A stretch of 64,000 nt of DNA. Origin: an uncultured bacterium (GTDB lineage Bacteria > Nitrospirota > Thermodesulfovibrionia > Thermodesulfovibrionales > CALJEL01). The stretch's first letter is position 1; every line of letters starts with the position of its first letter. Both the position numbers and the translations under genes were made by a program. The notes beneath the pieces were generated by a model. That model did not search any database and was not told the origin of the DNA. It was given only the letters and a program-made list of their open reading frames with translations. Below are positions 34,713 through 44,509 of this stretch, piece after piece. The stretch spans positions 888-64,887 of the forward strand of contig CALJEL010000013.1 of assembly GCA_938074335.1 (NCBI GenBank), written 5' to 3'.

Positions 34713-35687
34713 ATGTTTAGCCGCATCATATCCACAGGCTCTTACATGCCAGAAAAGGTCCTGACCAACCACGACCTTGAAAAGATGGTTGACACTTCTG
34801 ATGATTGGATTACTGAAAGAACCGGTATTAAAGAAAGAAGGATATCAAGACCTGACCAGGCTGCATCAGATCTTGCCTGTGAGGCTGCAAAAAGAGCCCT
34901 TAAAAAGGCACAGCTAAAGGTAGAGAAGATTGACCTCATTATAGTTGCCACTGTAAGCGGTGATATGCCACTGCCATCAACAGCCTGTCTTTTACAAAAA
35001 AAACTTGGTGCAGCTAATGCTGCTGCAATGGATATAAATGCAGCCTGCTCTGGCTTTATCTATGCCCTTTCAGTGGCAGATGCCTTTATAAGATCAGGCA
35101 AATATAAAAAGATTCTTGTTGTGGGTGCAGAGGCTCTTTCTAAATTCACTGACTGGCAGGACAGGACTACCTGCGTGCTCCTTGGTGATGGAGCTGGTGC
35201 AGCAGTGCTTGTTCCTGACCGCGGAAGGGGGATCCTGTCTGTAGATATTTATTCTGATGGAAGGCTATGGGATCTCCTTCATGTGCCTGCAGGAGGTTCA
35301 GCAATGCCTGCCTCAAAAGAGACAGTTGAAAAAAGACTACACTATATAAAGATGAAAGGTAATGAAACATTCAAGGTTGCTGTAAGAACACTTGAAAATC
35401 TTGTGATCGAAACTTTGAAAAAAAATAATCTCAAACCTTCTCAGCTTTCCCTGCTTATACCGCATCAGGCAAATCTAAGGATTATCAAGGCCACTGCAGA
35501 AAGGCTCGGACTCCCTATGGAAAGGGTTGTCGTCAATCTAACAAGGTATGGAAATACCTCTGCTGCCTCCATCCCTGTTGCCCTTGACGAGGCAATTGAT
35601 GAAGGAAGGATAAAAGAAGGCGATTACATAATGCTTGAGGCCTTTGGAGGCGGACTCACCTGGGGTTCAGCGCTCATAAAGTGGTGA
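34713..35687 (+). CDS. fabH: 3-oxoacyl-ACP synthase III
   Basis: TSDDWI..RTGI.ERR...ACSGF.YAL...HQAN.RI...GNTSAASIP. Confidence 0.95.
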   Translation: MFSRIISTGSYMPEKVLTNHDLEKMVDTSDDWITERTGIKERRISRPDQAASDLACEAAKRALKKAQLKVEKIDLIIVATVSGDMPLPSTACLLQKKLGAANAAAMDINAACSGFIYALSVADAFIRSGKYKKILVVGAEALSKFTDWQDRTTCVLLGDGAGAAVLVPDRGRGILSVDIYSDGRLWDLLHVPAGGSAMPASKETVEKRLHYIKMKGNETFKVAVRTLENLVIETLKKNNLKPSQLSLLIPHQANLRIIKATAERLGLPMERVVVNLTRYGNTSAASIPVALDEAIDEGRIKEGDYIMLEAFGGGLTWGSALIKW

Positions 35688-36420
35688 TACCCTTCTTTTT
35701 CTTTTCTCTTTTCTTTTTGTAATACTGATATACATGCCACTTCCTCAATGCCCTCTCTATCTTGTCCCTGTAGGCAAGGGCAACGAGCACAACAATTATT
35801 GCCATACCAGCAAGTATAGAGAATCTTCCATACTGATGATGTTTTATGTAACTGCCACCAAGAGTAAGAAGTATGGTTCCAAATAGCCTTCCAACTCCTG
35901 CGATTATCAGAAATTCCATTGTTGTAAGATGCCCGAGCCCGAGTATATAACAGAGATAGTCCTTCGGAAAACCAGGAATGAGGAAAAGTAAAAACACAAG
36001 AAAGGCCGCCTTGTGATGAAGTAGATAATCAAATCTTCTGATGGTGTTTTTTTCTACAAACCGCTCCACAAAGGGTCTTCCAAAGGCCCTCGAGAGGCTG
36101 AAGGCAATATAGGAACCAAGGGTAAGGCCAATGGTTGAAAGGATCACACCAAATACAGGACCGTAAAGATAACCACCAAGGAGTCCTGTCACCTCTCCTG
36201 GTATAGGTGATATAACGACCTGAAGTGCCTGAAGCAGGATAAATCCAATAAAGGACAGGGGACCAAATATCTTTAAAAAATTGAGGATCCTTTCTCTGTC
36301 AACGAAGTAATGGATTAAACCTGTCTTATAAAATATAAAAGACAGTCCTCCAATAATTAGAACAAGTATAAGAAGCCTTAGCCATACCCGATTTTTTTGT
36401 AAGTCCTTTTTTCTATCCAT
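35674..36420 (-). CDS. TVP38/TMEM64 (DedA superfamily) membrane protein
   Basis: SPIPGEVT.LLGGYLYG...LIPGFPKDYLCYILG. The start is uncertain (ATG 36420 or the track's TTG 36468). Confidence 0.7.
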   Translation of the reverse strand: MDRKKDLQKNRVWLRLLILVLIIGGLSFIFYKTGLIHYFVDRERILNFLKIFGPLSFIGFILLQALQVVISPIPGEVTGLLGGYLYGPVFGVILSTIGLTLGSYIAFSLSRAFGRPFVERFVEKNTIRRFDYLLHHKAAFLVFLLFLIPGFPKDYLCYILGLGHLTTMEFLIIAGVGRLFGTILLTLGGSYIKHHQYGRFSILAGMAIIVVLVALAYRDKIERALRKWHVYQYYKKKREKKKKGITTL

Positions 36421-36691
36421 TTCCAATTTCCAGCCTTTCAGCCGTTCTGTTAAAAATAATATGTGCAAAAATCCTTAATGCAACAACTGCTTACTAAAGA
36501 AGTTCCATCTGAATCCCGGCCCTTCCATACCGATATATGATAAAAACCATCCTCAAAAACAGAGATATTTTTATTTGCAAAAATATCCTTAATATGGTCT
36601 CAGGATAACATTCCTTTTCCTCTTTGAGGAAAAATCAAAGATCTTCCCGGGCACCATTCTGCTCTGTTCTCTAATCACTGCGTAAGTATTA

Positions 36692-37453
36692 CTATGATTT
36701 AAGTTTCTCTATAAAAGGTTTTATAAGGTCAACAGGCACAGGGAATATAATGGTTGAATTCTTCTCTGAGGATATCTCAAGCAGTGTCTGAAGGAACCTG
36801 AGCTGCAGTGCTGCTGGCTCTGATGAGATAATCTTGGCTGCCTGGGCAAGTTTCTCTGCAGCCTGATATTCACCCTCAGCATGAATAACCTTTGCCCTTC
36901 TCTCACGCTCTGCCTCTGCCTGACGGGCTATTGCCCTGAGCATCTCTGTGGGAAGATCCACATTCTTCACCTCAACTGACGTCACCTTTATTCCCCATGG
37001 CTCTGTCTGAAAATCTATTACCCTCTGGAGTTCTGCATTCAGCTCATCCCTCTTTGTAAGGAGGTCATCAAGCTGACTCTGACCGAGTATGCTTCTCAGG
37101 GTGGTCTGTGCAATCTGACTTGTTGCATAGTAATAATCTTCAACTTCTGTAATAGCCCTTGCAGGATCAACAACCCTGAAATAGACAACAGCATTCACCT
37201 TCACTGTTACATTGTCCTTTGTAATAACATCCTGTGGAGGGACATCCATGGTCACTGTCCTGAGGCTTACCTTTACAAGCCTATCAATAATCGGCCAGAT
37301 AATAACAAGACCAGGACCTTTCACAGGGATAAGCCTCCCGAGCCTGAAAACCACACCTCTTTCATATTCCTTAAGTATCTTTATTGCACTTGATAGAAAG
37401 TAAAGGACAAGAAATATAACCACTACAAATGTGTAAAAACTAAGAGGTATCAT
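36692..37453 (-). CDS. SPFH/Band-7 (stomatin-like) protein
   Basis: N-terminal TM, then [12 protein letters not shown]...[18 protein letters not shown]...EAERE.RAKVI.AEGE. Confidence 0.9.
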   Translation of the reverse strand: MIPLSFYTFVVVIFLVLYFLSSAIKILKEYERGVVFRLGRLIPVKGPGLVIIWPIIDRLVKVSLRTVTMDVPPQDVITKDNVTVKVNAVVYFRVVDPARAITEVEDYYYATSQIAQTTLRSILGQSQLDDLLTKRDELNAELQRVIDFQTEPWGIKVTSVEVKNVDLPTEMLRAIARQAEAERERRAKVIHAEGEYQAAEKLAQAAKIISSEPAALQLRFLQTLLEISSEKNSTIIFPVPVDLIKPFIEKLKS

Positions 37454-37497
37454 AGACTATCCTCCCTTGTTCAGGATTCTGAAGACCATGTCTTCAG

Positions 37498-38808
37498 TTA
37501 TTGATTTATTTTCTTTACCTTCAGTTTTAGACCCGAGACAGCCTCCACCCTGACCCTATCACCCTGTTTTATGGGCTCATCACTCATGGCAGACCATATC
37601 TCACCCCTTACATAAACCATGCCGTCATCCTTGATATCAGTCCTTGCTATACCTTCAAGCCCTATTATACCTTCTGCACCGGTAACAGGTTTTCTCTTCC
37701 ATGCCTTAAAGGCAAGGCCAAAGGTTATCACAAAGAATAACGCCGTTATAATAACAGCAGGTAATATTACATATAAGGATACCCTCAAAAAGGGTGCCGG
37801 ACTTTCAAAGAGCATTAATGAGCCTATAATCATGGATATAATCCCTCCCATAGTAAGTATACCATGGGAGACAATCTTTACCTCCAGGATGAAAAGAATG
37901 ATAGCCAGGATAATAAGGAGGATACCTGCATAATTTACAGGAAGGGTCTGAAAGGCATAAAAGGCAAGTATGAGACAGATACCACCGAGCACTCCCGGGA
38001 ATATAGCTCCAGGATTGGTGAGCTCAAAAAATAGTCCGTAGATACCAAGAAGCATAAGGATATAAGCGATATTGGGATCACTTATAAGGTCAAGGACACG
38101 CTGTCTGAACCCCATCTCCTCATAAACAATCCTTGCATCCCTGGTGTCTATTGTCTTTTCTCCAAAAACAGTCTTCACCCTTCTACCGTTAATCTTCTTC
38201 AAAAGCTCATCCCTGTCCTTTGCTATGAGATCTATGACCTTCAGCTCAAGTGCTTCCTTCTCCGTTACTGATACGCTTTTCCTCACAGCATCCTCAGCCC
38301 ACTTAACATTTCTGCCCCTGCTCTCCGCAAGACTCCTTATGTAGGCAGCAGCATCATTGGTAACCTTTTTGGCCATCTCCTTGTCCATCTTCTCACCCAT
38401 TGCCACTGGATGGGCCGCTCCTATGTTTGTCCCCGGAGCCATGGCTGCGATATGAGATGCAATAGTTATAAAGGCACCTGCTGAGGCTGCCCTTGCACCA
38501 CTGGGAGACACATAGACAACAACTGGGACTGAGCTTCCCACCATCTCCTTGATTATTGTCCTCATGGAGGTGTCAAGCCCCCCTGGTGTATCAAGCTCCA
38601 TTATGATAGCATTATAATTCTTGTCATTTGCCTTTTTAATTGCCTTTACAATAAACTCTGCCCTGGCAGGATTTATAACACCGTCAACCTTTATAAGCAT
38701 TATTTCTGAGGCAGGTTCAGAGGAAGGGATTCCCGGCAAAGGCATATTAAGCAAAAATATTAGAGTGAAAAGCAAAAAGGTAAATATCTTGATGACCTCT
38801 TTTGTCAT
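37498..38808 (-). CDS. Membrane-bound NfeD-family ClpP-class serine protease
   Basis: ClpP-like N-terminal domain (TPGGL...SGARAASAG), 4-5 TM and a C-terminal OB/NfeD domain. It is paired with the SPFH gene as usual. Confidence 0.85.
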   Translation of the reverse strand: MTKEVIKIFTFLLFTLIFLLNMPLPGIPSSEPASEIMLIKVDGVINPARAEFIVKAIKKANDKNYNAIIMELDTPGGLDTSMRTIIKEMVGSSVPVVVYVSPSGARAASAGAFITIASHIAAMAPGTNIGAAHPVAMGEKMDKEMAKKVTNDAAAYIRSLAESRGRNVKWAEDAVRKSVSVTEKEALELKVIDLIAKDRDELLKKINGRRVKTVFGEKTIDTRDARIVYEEMGFRQRVLDLISDPNIAYILMLLGIYGLFFELTNPGAIFPGVLGGICLILAFYAFQTLPVNYAGILLIILAIILFILEVKIVSHGILTMGGIISMIIGSLMLFESPAPFLRVSLYVILPAVIITALFFVITFGLAFKAWKRKPVTGAEGIIGLEGIARTDIKDDGMVYVRGEIWSAMSDEPIKQGDRVRVEAVSGLKLKVKKINQ

Positions 38809-38964
38809 AATTTAAATTATATCATAATACCTGAAGACTTGTCTCAATAATATTATTTATGTTATTCTTAATTTACCTTACATAAAGGGCAGTCAAAATC
38901 ATAAGGATTTTAGATGCCCCTCCTGGCCTTGTCAGGAAAAGTAAATCTGAAAGGTGGTGAGGTA

Positions 38965-39234
38965 ATGGCACTTACAAGAGAACAAAAAAAGATACTGATG
39001 GAGAGTTTTAGAATTCATGATAAAGATACAGGTTCCCCGGAGGTGCAGGTTGCTCTCCTTACTGAAAGGATCAATTATCTTACAGAACACTTCAAGATAC
39101 ACAGGAATGACCACCACTCAAGAAGAGGGCTTCTTAAATTAGTGAGTCAGAGAAGGAAATTGCTTGATTATCTTAAAACAGTGGATAGATCAAGATACGA
39201 AAAACTTATAGAAAGGCTTGGATTGAGAAAATAG
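38965..39234 (+). CDS. rpsO: 30S ribosomal protein S15
   Basis: [34 protein letters not shown]. Start at ATG 38965 after GGTGGTGAGG. Confidence 0.95.
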   Translation: MALTREQKKILMESFRIHDKDTGSPEVQVALLTERINYLTEHFKIHRNDHHSRRGLLKLVSQRRKLLDYLKTVDRSRYEKLIERLGLRK

Positions 39235-39237
39235 GAA

Positions 39238-41343
39238 ATGCAAAAAGTTGAGATTGAGTTCAGAGGTAAGAAACTGAGTATTGAGACAGGTGAGATCGCA
39301 AAACAATCAGATGGAGCAGTCCTTGTAAGGTATGGTGATACAGTGGTGCTTGCCACTGTAGTTGCTGCCAAAAAACCTTCAGAGGTCTTTGACTTTATCC
39401 CTCTGACCATAGATTACCAGGAAAAGGCCTATTCAGCAGGAAAGATTCCAGGTGGTTATTTTAAAAGAGAAGGCAAACCATCTGAAAAAGAGATACTCAC
39501 CTCTAGGCTTATTGACAGGCCAATAAGACCGCTTCTTCCAAAGGGTTTTTTTTATGAGACACAGGGGATAGTTTCAGTCCTCTCTTACGGAGATGAGAAC
39601 ATCGCAGACATACTCGGAATTATAGGTATGTCAGCTTCTATAATGGTCTCCGATATTCCCTTTAATGGTCCAGTAGGTGCGGTCAGGGTAGGAAGGATAG
39701 ATGGTAATTTTATAGTAAATCCAGACCTTTCGGAGATAGAAAAGACTGACCTTAACCTTGTTGTCGCAGCCACTGAGGAAGCAGTTGTAATGGTTGAAGG
39801 TGGTGCAGATGAGGTATCAGAATCTGTAATACTTGATGCCCTTCAATTCAGCCATGAAGAGATAAAAAAGATACTCCCGCTTCAGCATGAATTAAGGAAA
39901 CTCGCCGGGAAGGAAAAGAGACCCCTGCTTGATGTACCCATTGATGAGGAGATGAGACAGAAGGTAAAAGGGTATGTACTGGAGAGGATGAAAGAATTCA
40001 TAACTATCCCGGGCAAACAGCAGAGGCAGGCTGCACTTGATATGCTTCTTGAAGAAACCATAAAGCACCTTGCTCCTGAAGGTGGCAGGGAAAGAGAGAT
40101 CTCACTCATATTTAATGAGCTGGAAAAAGACCTTGTGAGGTCAATGATATTGAATGAAGGTATTAGGGCTGATAGAAGAAGGCCTGATGAAATAAGGCCC
40201 ATATACTGCAGGGTTGGTCTCCTGCCAAGGGCTCATGGCTCTGCCCTTTTTGTCAGGGGTGAAACGCAGGCACTTGCAGCAGTGACCCTTGGGACCCATG
40301 AGGACGAGCAAAAGATAGACAGCCTTGAGGGTGAAACCTATAAGGCATTTATGTTGCATTATAATTTCCCACCATTCAGTGTTGGAGAGGTTAAACCCCT
40401 GAGATCCCCTGGAAGGAGGGAAATAGGTCATGGTGCTCTTGCTGAAAGGGGTCTCAAACCTGTCATACCTCCAAAGGAGGTCTTTCCCTATACAATAAGA
40501 GTCGTATCTGATATCCTTGAATCAAATGGTTCCTCATCCATGGCAACTGTTTGTGCAGGAACCCTCGCATTAATGGATGCAGGGGTACCAATAAAGGCGC
40601 CAGTTGCAGGAATTGCAATGGGTCTTATATCAGAAAGAGATAAATATACAATACTGACAGATATCCTCGGGCTTGAAGACCACCTCGGTGATATGGACTT
40701 TAAAGTAACAGGTACCAGAGATGGAATTACCGCCTTTCAAATGGATGTTAAGATAAGTGGTGTAACAAGAGAGATACTTGCCCAGGCACTTGAACAGGCA
40801 AGAAAGGGCAGATTACATATCCTTGAAAAGATGGCACAGGCTATCTCAACACCAAGAGAGACACTTGCTCCTCATGCACCAAGGATTTACACCATTCAGA
40901 TAAAACAGGATAAGATAAGAGATGTGATCGGCACAGGTGGAAAGGTCATAAGGGGGATTATTGAACAGACTGGGGTAAAAATAGAGATAGAAGACTCAGG
41001 TCTTGTAAACATTGCTGCCACTGATGAAAGCTCTGCCCGGAAGGCAATAGAAATTATTAAAGGAATTGTTGAAGAACCTGAGGTTGGTAAGATTTATCTT
41101 GGAAAGGTAAAAAGGATCGTTGATTTTGGTGCCTTTGTGGAGATACTTCCTGGCACAGAAGGTCTCCTTCACATATCTCAAATATCCCATAGAAGAATTG
41201 CAAAGGTCACGGATGTCCTTAAAGAAGGAGATGAGGTACTTGTAAAGGTTACCGAGATCGACCCTCAGGGCAGGATCAAGCTCAGCAGAAAAGAGGCTAT
41301 GAAGAACGGGGCAGAAAAAAGCCCTGCAAGGGCCCGACATTAA
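39238..41343 (+). CDS. pnp: Polyribonucleotide nucleotidyltransferase (PNPase)
   Basis: Two RNase PH domains, KH and S1 along the full length. It follows rpsO. Confidence 0.95.
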   Translation: MQKVEIEFRGKKLSIETGEIAKQSDGAVLVRYGDTVVLATVVAAKKPSEVFDFIPLTIDYQEKAYSAGKIPGGYFKREGKPSEKEILTSRLIDRPIRPLLPKGFFYETQGIVSVLSYGDENIADILGIIGMSASIMVSDIPFNGPVGAVRVGRIDGNFIVNPDLSEIEKTDLNLVVAATEEAVVMVEGGADEVSESVILDALQFSHEEIKKILPLQHELRKLAGKEKRPLLDVPIDEEMRQKVKGYVLERMKEFITIPGKQQRQAALDMLLEETIKHLAPEGGREREISLIFNELEKDLVRSMILNEGIRADRRRPDEIRPIYCRVGLLPRAHGSALFVRGETQALAAVTLGTHEDEQKIDSLEGETYKAFMLHYNFPPFSVGEVKPLRSPGRREIGHGALAERGLKPVIPPKEVFPYTIRVVSDILESNGSSSMATVCAGTLALMDAGVPIKAPVAGIAMGLISERDKYTILTDILGLEDHLGDMDFKVTGTRDGITAFQMDVKISGVTREILAQALEQARKGRLHILEKMAQAISTPRETLAPHAPRIYTIQIKQDKIRDVIGTGGKVIRGIIEQTGVKIEIEDSGLVNIAATDESSARKAIEIIKGIVEEPEVGKIYLGKVKRIVDFGAFVEILPGTEGLLHISQISHRRIAKVTDVLKEGDEVLVKVTEIDPQGRIKLSRKEAMKNGAEKSPARARH

Positions 41344-41392
41344 ATATTACCCTGAACTGCTGATGAATGGTGCGGTATGAATGCCTTTATAT

Positions 41393-41446
41393 CGACACCT
41401 TAGTAGTGCGAAAAGTGCTACCGCCTATCCCTTCACCTCTTCACCT
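41393..41446. repeat. Relic of the octamer-repeat family in the pnp-downstream spacer
   Basis: cgacaccttagtagtgcgaaaagtgctaccgcctatcccttcacctcttcacct shares the junction cgacacctta with loci A and C. A GTGCGA-type block is followed by a TTCACC-type block, in the same order as in the 15111-15182 insert. Confidence 0.6.
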
Positions 41447-41695
41447 ATAATATTCCTGCACCTACGATGTGACGGTCTACGGGTGTGAGGCAAGCCGCAC
41501 AATTTAAAATATATTTCTGAATGGCAGTTACGCATTAATAACATCTTGATTTATCTATCTTTTTTACAGTATTTTCGAGACCTGCCAAATTAAAAGACAA
41601 ATCTGTTAAACTATTACGAATCATTAAAGGGATTTCTAACAGTATGGGTCCCCTGAATTTAATTCATTTTAAGGAAATTTTAAAAGGAGCCCTCA

Positions 41696-42922
41696 ATGAA
41701 ATTTAAGAAAGAATATCTTAGAAATGGAATACCTGTTGTTATGGCTCCAATGAGAGAGTTTCGGTCTGTGTCAATGGGTATATGGGTGAAAACCGGTTCA
41801 AGATTTGAGTCACCTGAAGAAAATGGGATATCCCATTTCCTTGAACATCTATTCTTTAAAGGAACCGAAAAACGTACCCAGAAAGATATAGCAATGGAGA
41901 TAGACTCCATCGGTGGTGAGCTCAATGCCTTTACCTCAAAGGAAACCACTACTTTCTATATAAGGGTCCTTGATCAATTTCTTGAAAGGGGAATAGGGCT
42001 TCTCAGTGACATATTCCTGAATTCTATCTTCCTGGAAGAGGAGATAGAAAAAGAAAAGTCAATCATAAAGGAAGAGATAAAACTTGTTGAAGACACCCCC
42101 GATGACTACATCCATGACCTCTTTCACCAGACCATCTGGGATAATTCAGGACTCGGTCAACCCATCCTTGGCAGAAGAGAGACGATAAAGACCTTTTCAA
42201 GGGAAAGGCTCCTCAATTACAAAAAGAAATATTATGGGACCAAGGACATAGTAATATCCTGTGCCGGTAGATTTGAACCTGAAAAACTCATAGAGCTCCT
42301 CAATAGATTTCTTGGCTCAATGGAGGCTGGCTCCGATCCACCTGAGATTATTAAGCCTGTTTTTCATCCAAGAAAGAATATTCACAGAAAGGACCTCTCA
42401 GAGGTGCATCTCTGTCTTGGTGTTGAAGCCTTTGAACTTTCAAGTAAATACCGTTACCACATCTCCATCCTCAATGCCATACTTGGGGGTGGGGTGAGCT
42501 CAAGACTCTTTCAGGAGATAAGGGAAAAAAGAGGACTTGCCTACTCTATTTATTCCTATGTAACCGGTTTTCTTGACACAGGGGTCTGGGGTGTTTATGC
42601 AGGGACATCAAAAAAGAGATACAATGAGGTGATAGAACTTATAATAAAGGAGATGACAGGTCTCAAAGATACCATTTCAGAGGAAGAGCTGAGAAAGACA
42701 AAGGATCAGCTAAAGGGCAATATAATCCTTGGCCTTGAATCTACAGGTAATACCATGTCCCATATAGCAAGACAGGAGATTTACTATAAAAGATATATAT
42801 CCCTTGAAGAAACCATAAGCCATATAGAAAAGATAAGTCTCAATGAGATAAGAGAGATCGCTGAAAGACTTGTCTCCAGCAATAATTTTGCCATAACACT
42901 ACTGGGGCCGGTTAAGGAATGA
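41696..42922 (+). CDS. M16-family (insulinase/pitrilysin-like) zinc peptidase
   Basis: HFLEH inverted zinc motif (GISHFLEHLFFKGT) and about 410 aa. Confidence 0.85.
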   Translation: MKFKKEYLRNGIPVVMAPMREFRSVSMGIWVKTGSRFESPEENGISHFLEHLFFKGTEKRTQKDIAMEIDSIGGELNAFTSKETTTFYIRVLDQFLERGIGLLSDIFLNSIFLEEEIEKEKSIIKEEIKLVEDTPDDYIHDLFHQTIWDNSGLGQPILGRRETIKTFSRERLLNYKKKYYGTKDIVISCAGRFEPEKLIELLNRFLGSMEAGSDPPEIIKPVFHPRKNIHRKDLSEVHLCLGVEAFELSSKYRYHISILNAILGGGVSSRLFQEIREKRGLAYSIYSYVTGFLDTGVWGVYAGTSKKRYNEVIELIIKEMTGLKDTISEEELRKTKDQLKGNIILGLESTGNTMSHIARQEIYYKRYISLEETISHIEKISLNEIREIAERLVSSNNFAITLLGPVKE

Positions 42923-43554
42923 AGAATATTCTTCTTGCAGGGCTGACAGGGAATTATGGCTCCGGTAAAAGCTTTATCCTTGAGAAATTTAGAAAGATGG
43001 GTGCCCTGGCAATAAATTCTGATGAAATAGTCAGGACCCTGTTAAAAAAGAATGAGATTAAAAAAGAGGTCAGCAAACTCCTCGGCGAAAAGGTCTTAAC
43101 CGAGGATGGAGAGCTTGATAGAAAGGCAATTGCTGATATTATATTCAGGGATGCCTATCTCAGGCTCAAACTTGAGGATATAATACATCCAGAGGTCTTT
43201 AAGGAGATTAAAAGGCTCATATCTGAGGTTAAAGAAGATAAGGTGATAATAGTGGAGATACCCGTGCTTTTTGAAAGAGGTTACCAGAATAGATTTCATA
43301 AGATAATAACGGTTTATGCTGATGAGGCAACGATATTAAGGAGACTCCAGAGAGAAGGTTTATCAAAAGAAGAGATATCCAAAAGATGGGAGGCACAATT
43401 CCCCTATGAAAAAAAGATAAGGTCCTCTGATTTTGTGATAGATAATTCTGAAGGAAGGGATATTGACAGACAGATAGTTCACATATATTCACAACTTCAG
43501 AAAGAAATTCAAAAAGGAGACAGATATGGAGATCAAGAGACTGGAGGATATTAA
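42919..43554 (+). CDS. coaE: Dephospho-CoA kinase
   Basis: GLTGNYGSGKS P-loop and CoaE-length core with a short C-terminal extension. Confidence 0.8.
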   Translation: MKNILLAGLTGNYGSGKSFILEKFRKMGALAINSDEIVRTLLKKNEIKKEVSKLLGEKVLTEDGELDRKAIADIIFRDAYLRLKLEDIIHPEVFKEIKRLISEVKEDKVIIVEIPVLFERGYQNRFHKIITVYADEATILRRLQREGLSKEEISKRWEAQFPYEKKIRSSDFVIDNSEGRDIDRQIVHIYSQLQKEIQKGDRYGDQETGGY

Positions 43555-44509
43555 AGAACCACCTGTAAGAACAGTCCTTACGATAGGTAATTTTGACGGA
43601 GTCCATATGGGACATCAAAGAATTATAAAGCAGGTGGTATCTTCAGCAAAGAGAATAAAAGGTACATCAGTGGTTATGACCTTTGATCCCCATCCAATGA
43701 GATACCTTCAACCAGAAAAGGACCTACCTCTCCTCACACTTTGTGATGAAAAGGCCAAGATAATTGAGAAACTGGGTATCCAGATACTTCTCTGCGTAAA
43801 ATTTGACCAATCCTTTGCAAGCCTTGAGCCGGAGGAATTTATTAAAAAGATACTTGTGGATAAGCTCGCCGTAAGAGAAATAATAATAGGCAAGGACTAT
43901 AGATTTGGAAAGGCCAAAAAAGGAGATGTAAAGCTTCTTAAGAGGGAAGGAAATAAATATGGCTTCAGGGTTGAGGTGGTAACGCCTGTAAAGATTAAAG
44001 GTGAAATAGTCAGCAGTAGCACAATTCGCACACTTATAAAAAAAGGCGAAGTGAAAAGGGTAACCGATTTTCTTGGCAGGCCTTACAGCATTGAAGGCAC
44101 GGTTGTAAGGGGCACAGGAAGGGGATCAACCATACTGGGGTTTCCAACTGCAAATATCCTTTCAGGGGCAGAATTAATACCAAAAGAAGGCGTATATGCT
44201 GTTAAAGTTAAGATAGAAGAGTCTCCTGCGGGTAAAAAGAAAAAAGAAGACAGATTATTAAATGGTATAATGAACATCGGGACAAACCCGACTTTTGGTA
44301 ATCAGGAGCTCTCGCTGGAGGTTCATATACTTGATTTTAATGAAGATATACTTCACAAATTTATAAAGGTCTACTTTATTGAGAGACTGAGAAATGAAAA
44401 AAAATTTTCCTCTCCTGATGCCCTGAGAAAGGCAATAAAAAGGGATATTGAAAAGGCAAGGCTCCACCTTCAGGGCAAGGTTTTTACAGAGGGTCCACAT
44501 AAGCCCTGA
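43526..44509 (+). CDS. ribF: Bifunctional riboflavin kinase / FMN adenylyltransferase
   Basis: IGNFDGVHMGH...GFPTAN...G.MNIG.NPTF. Confidence 0.9.
   Translation: MEIKRLEDIKEPPVRTVLTIGNFDGVHMGHQRIIKQVVSSAKRIKGTSVVMTFDPHPMRYLQPEKDLPLLTLCDEKAKIIEKLGIQILLCVKFDQSFASLEPEEFIKKILVDKLAVREIIIGKDYRFGKAKKGDVKLLKREGNKYGFRVEVVTPVKIKGEIVSSSTIRTLIKKGEVKRVTDFLGRPYSIEGTVVRGTGRGSTILGFPTANILSGAELIPKEGVYAVKVKIEESPAGKKKKEDRLLNGIMNIGTNPTFGNQELSLEVHILDFNEDILHKFIKVYFIERLRNEKKFSSPDALRKAIKRDIEKARLHLQGKVFTEGPHKP

Noticed and set aside
41447-41695. The rest of the 352-bp pnp/M16-peptidase spacer, checked for a tRNA, sRNA or retron-like structure
   Set aside because: I could build no cloverleaf or extended conserved stem. 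Apart from the repeat relic at 41393-41446, the sequence looks like an ordinary AT-rich promoter region.
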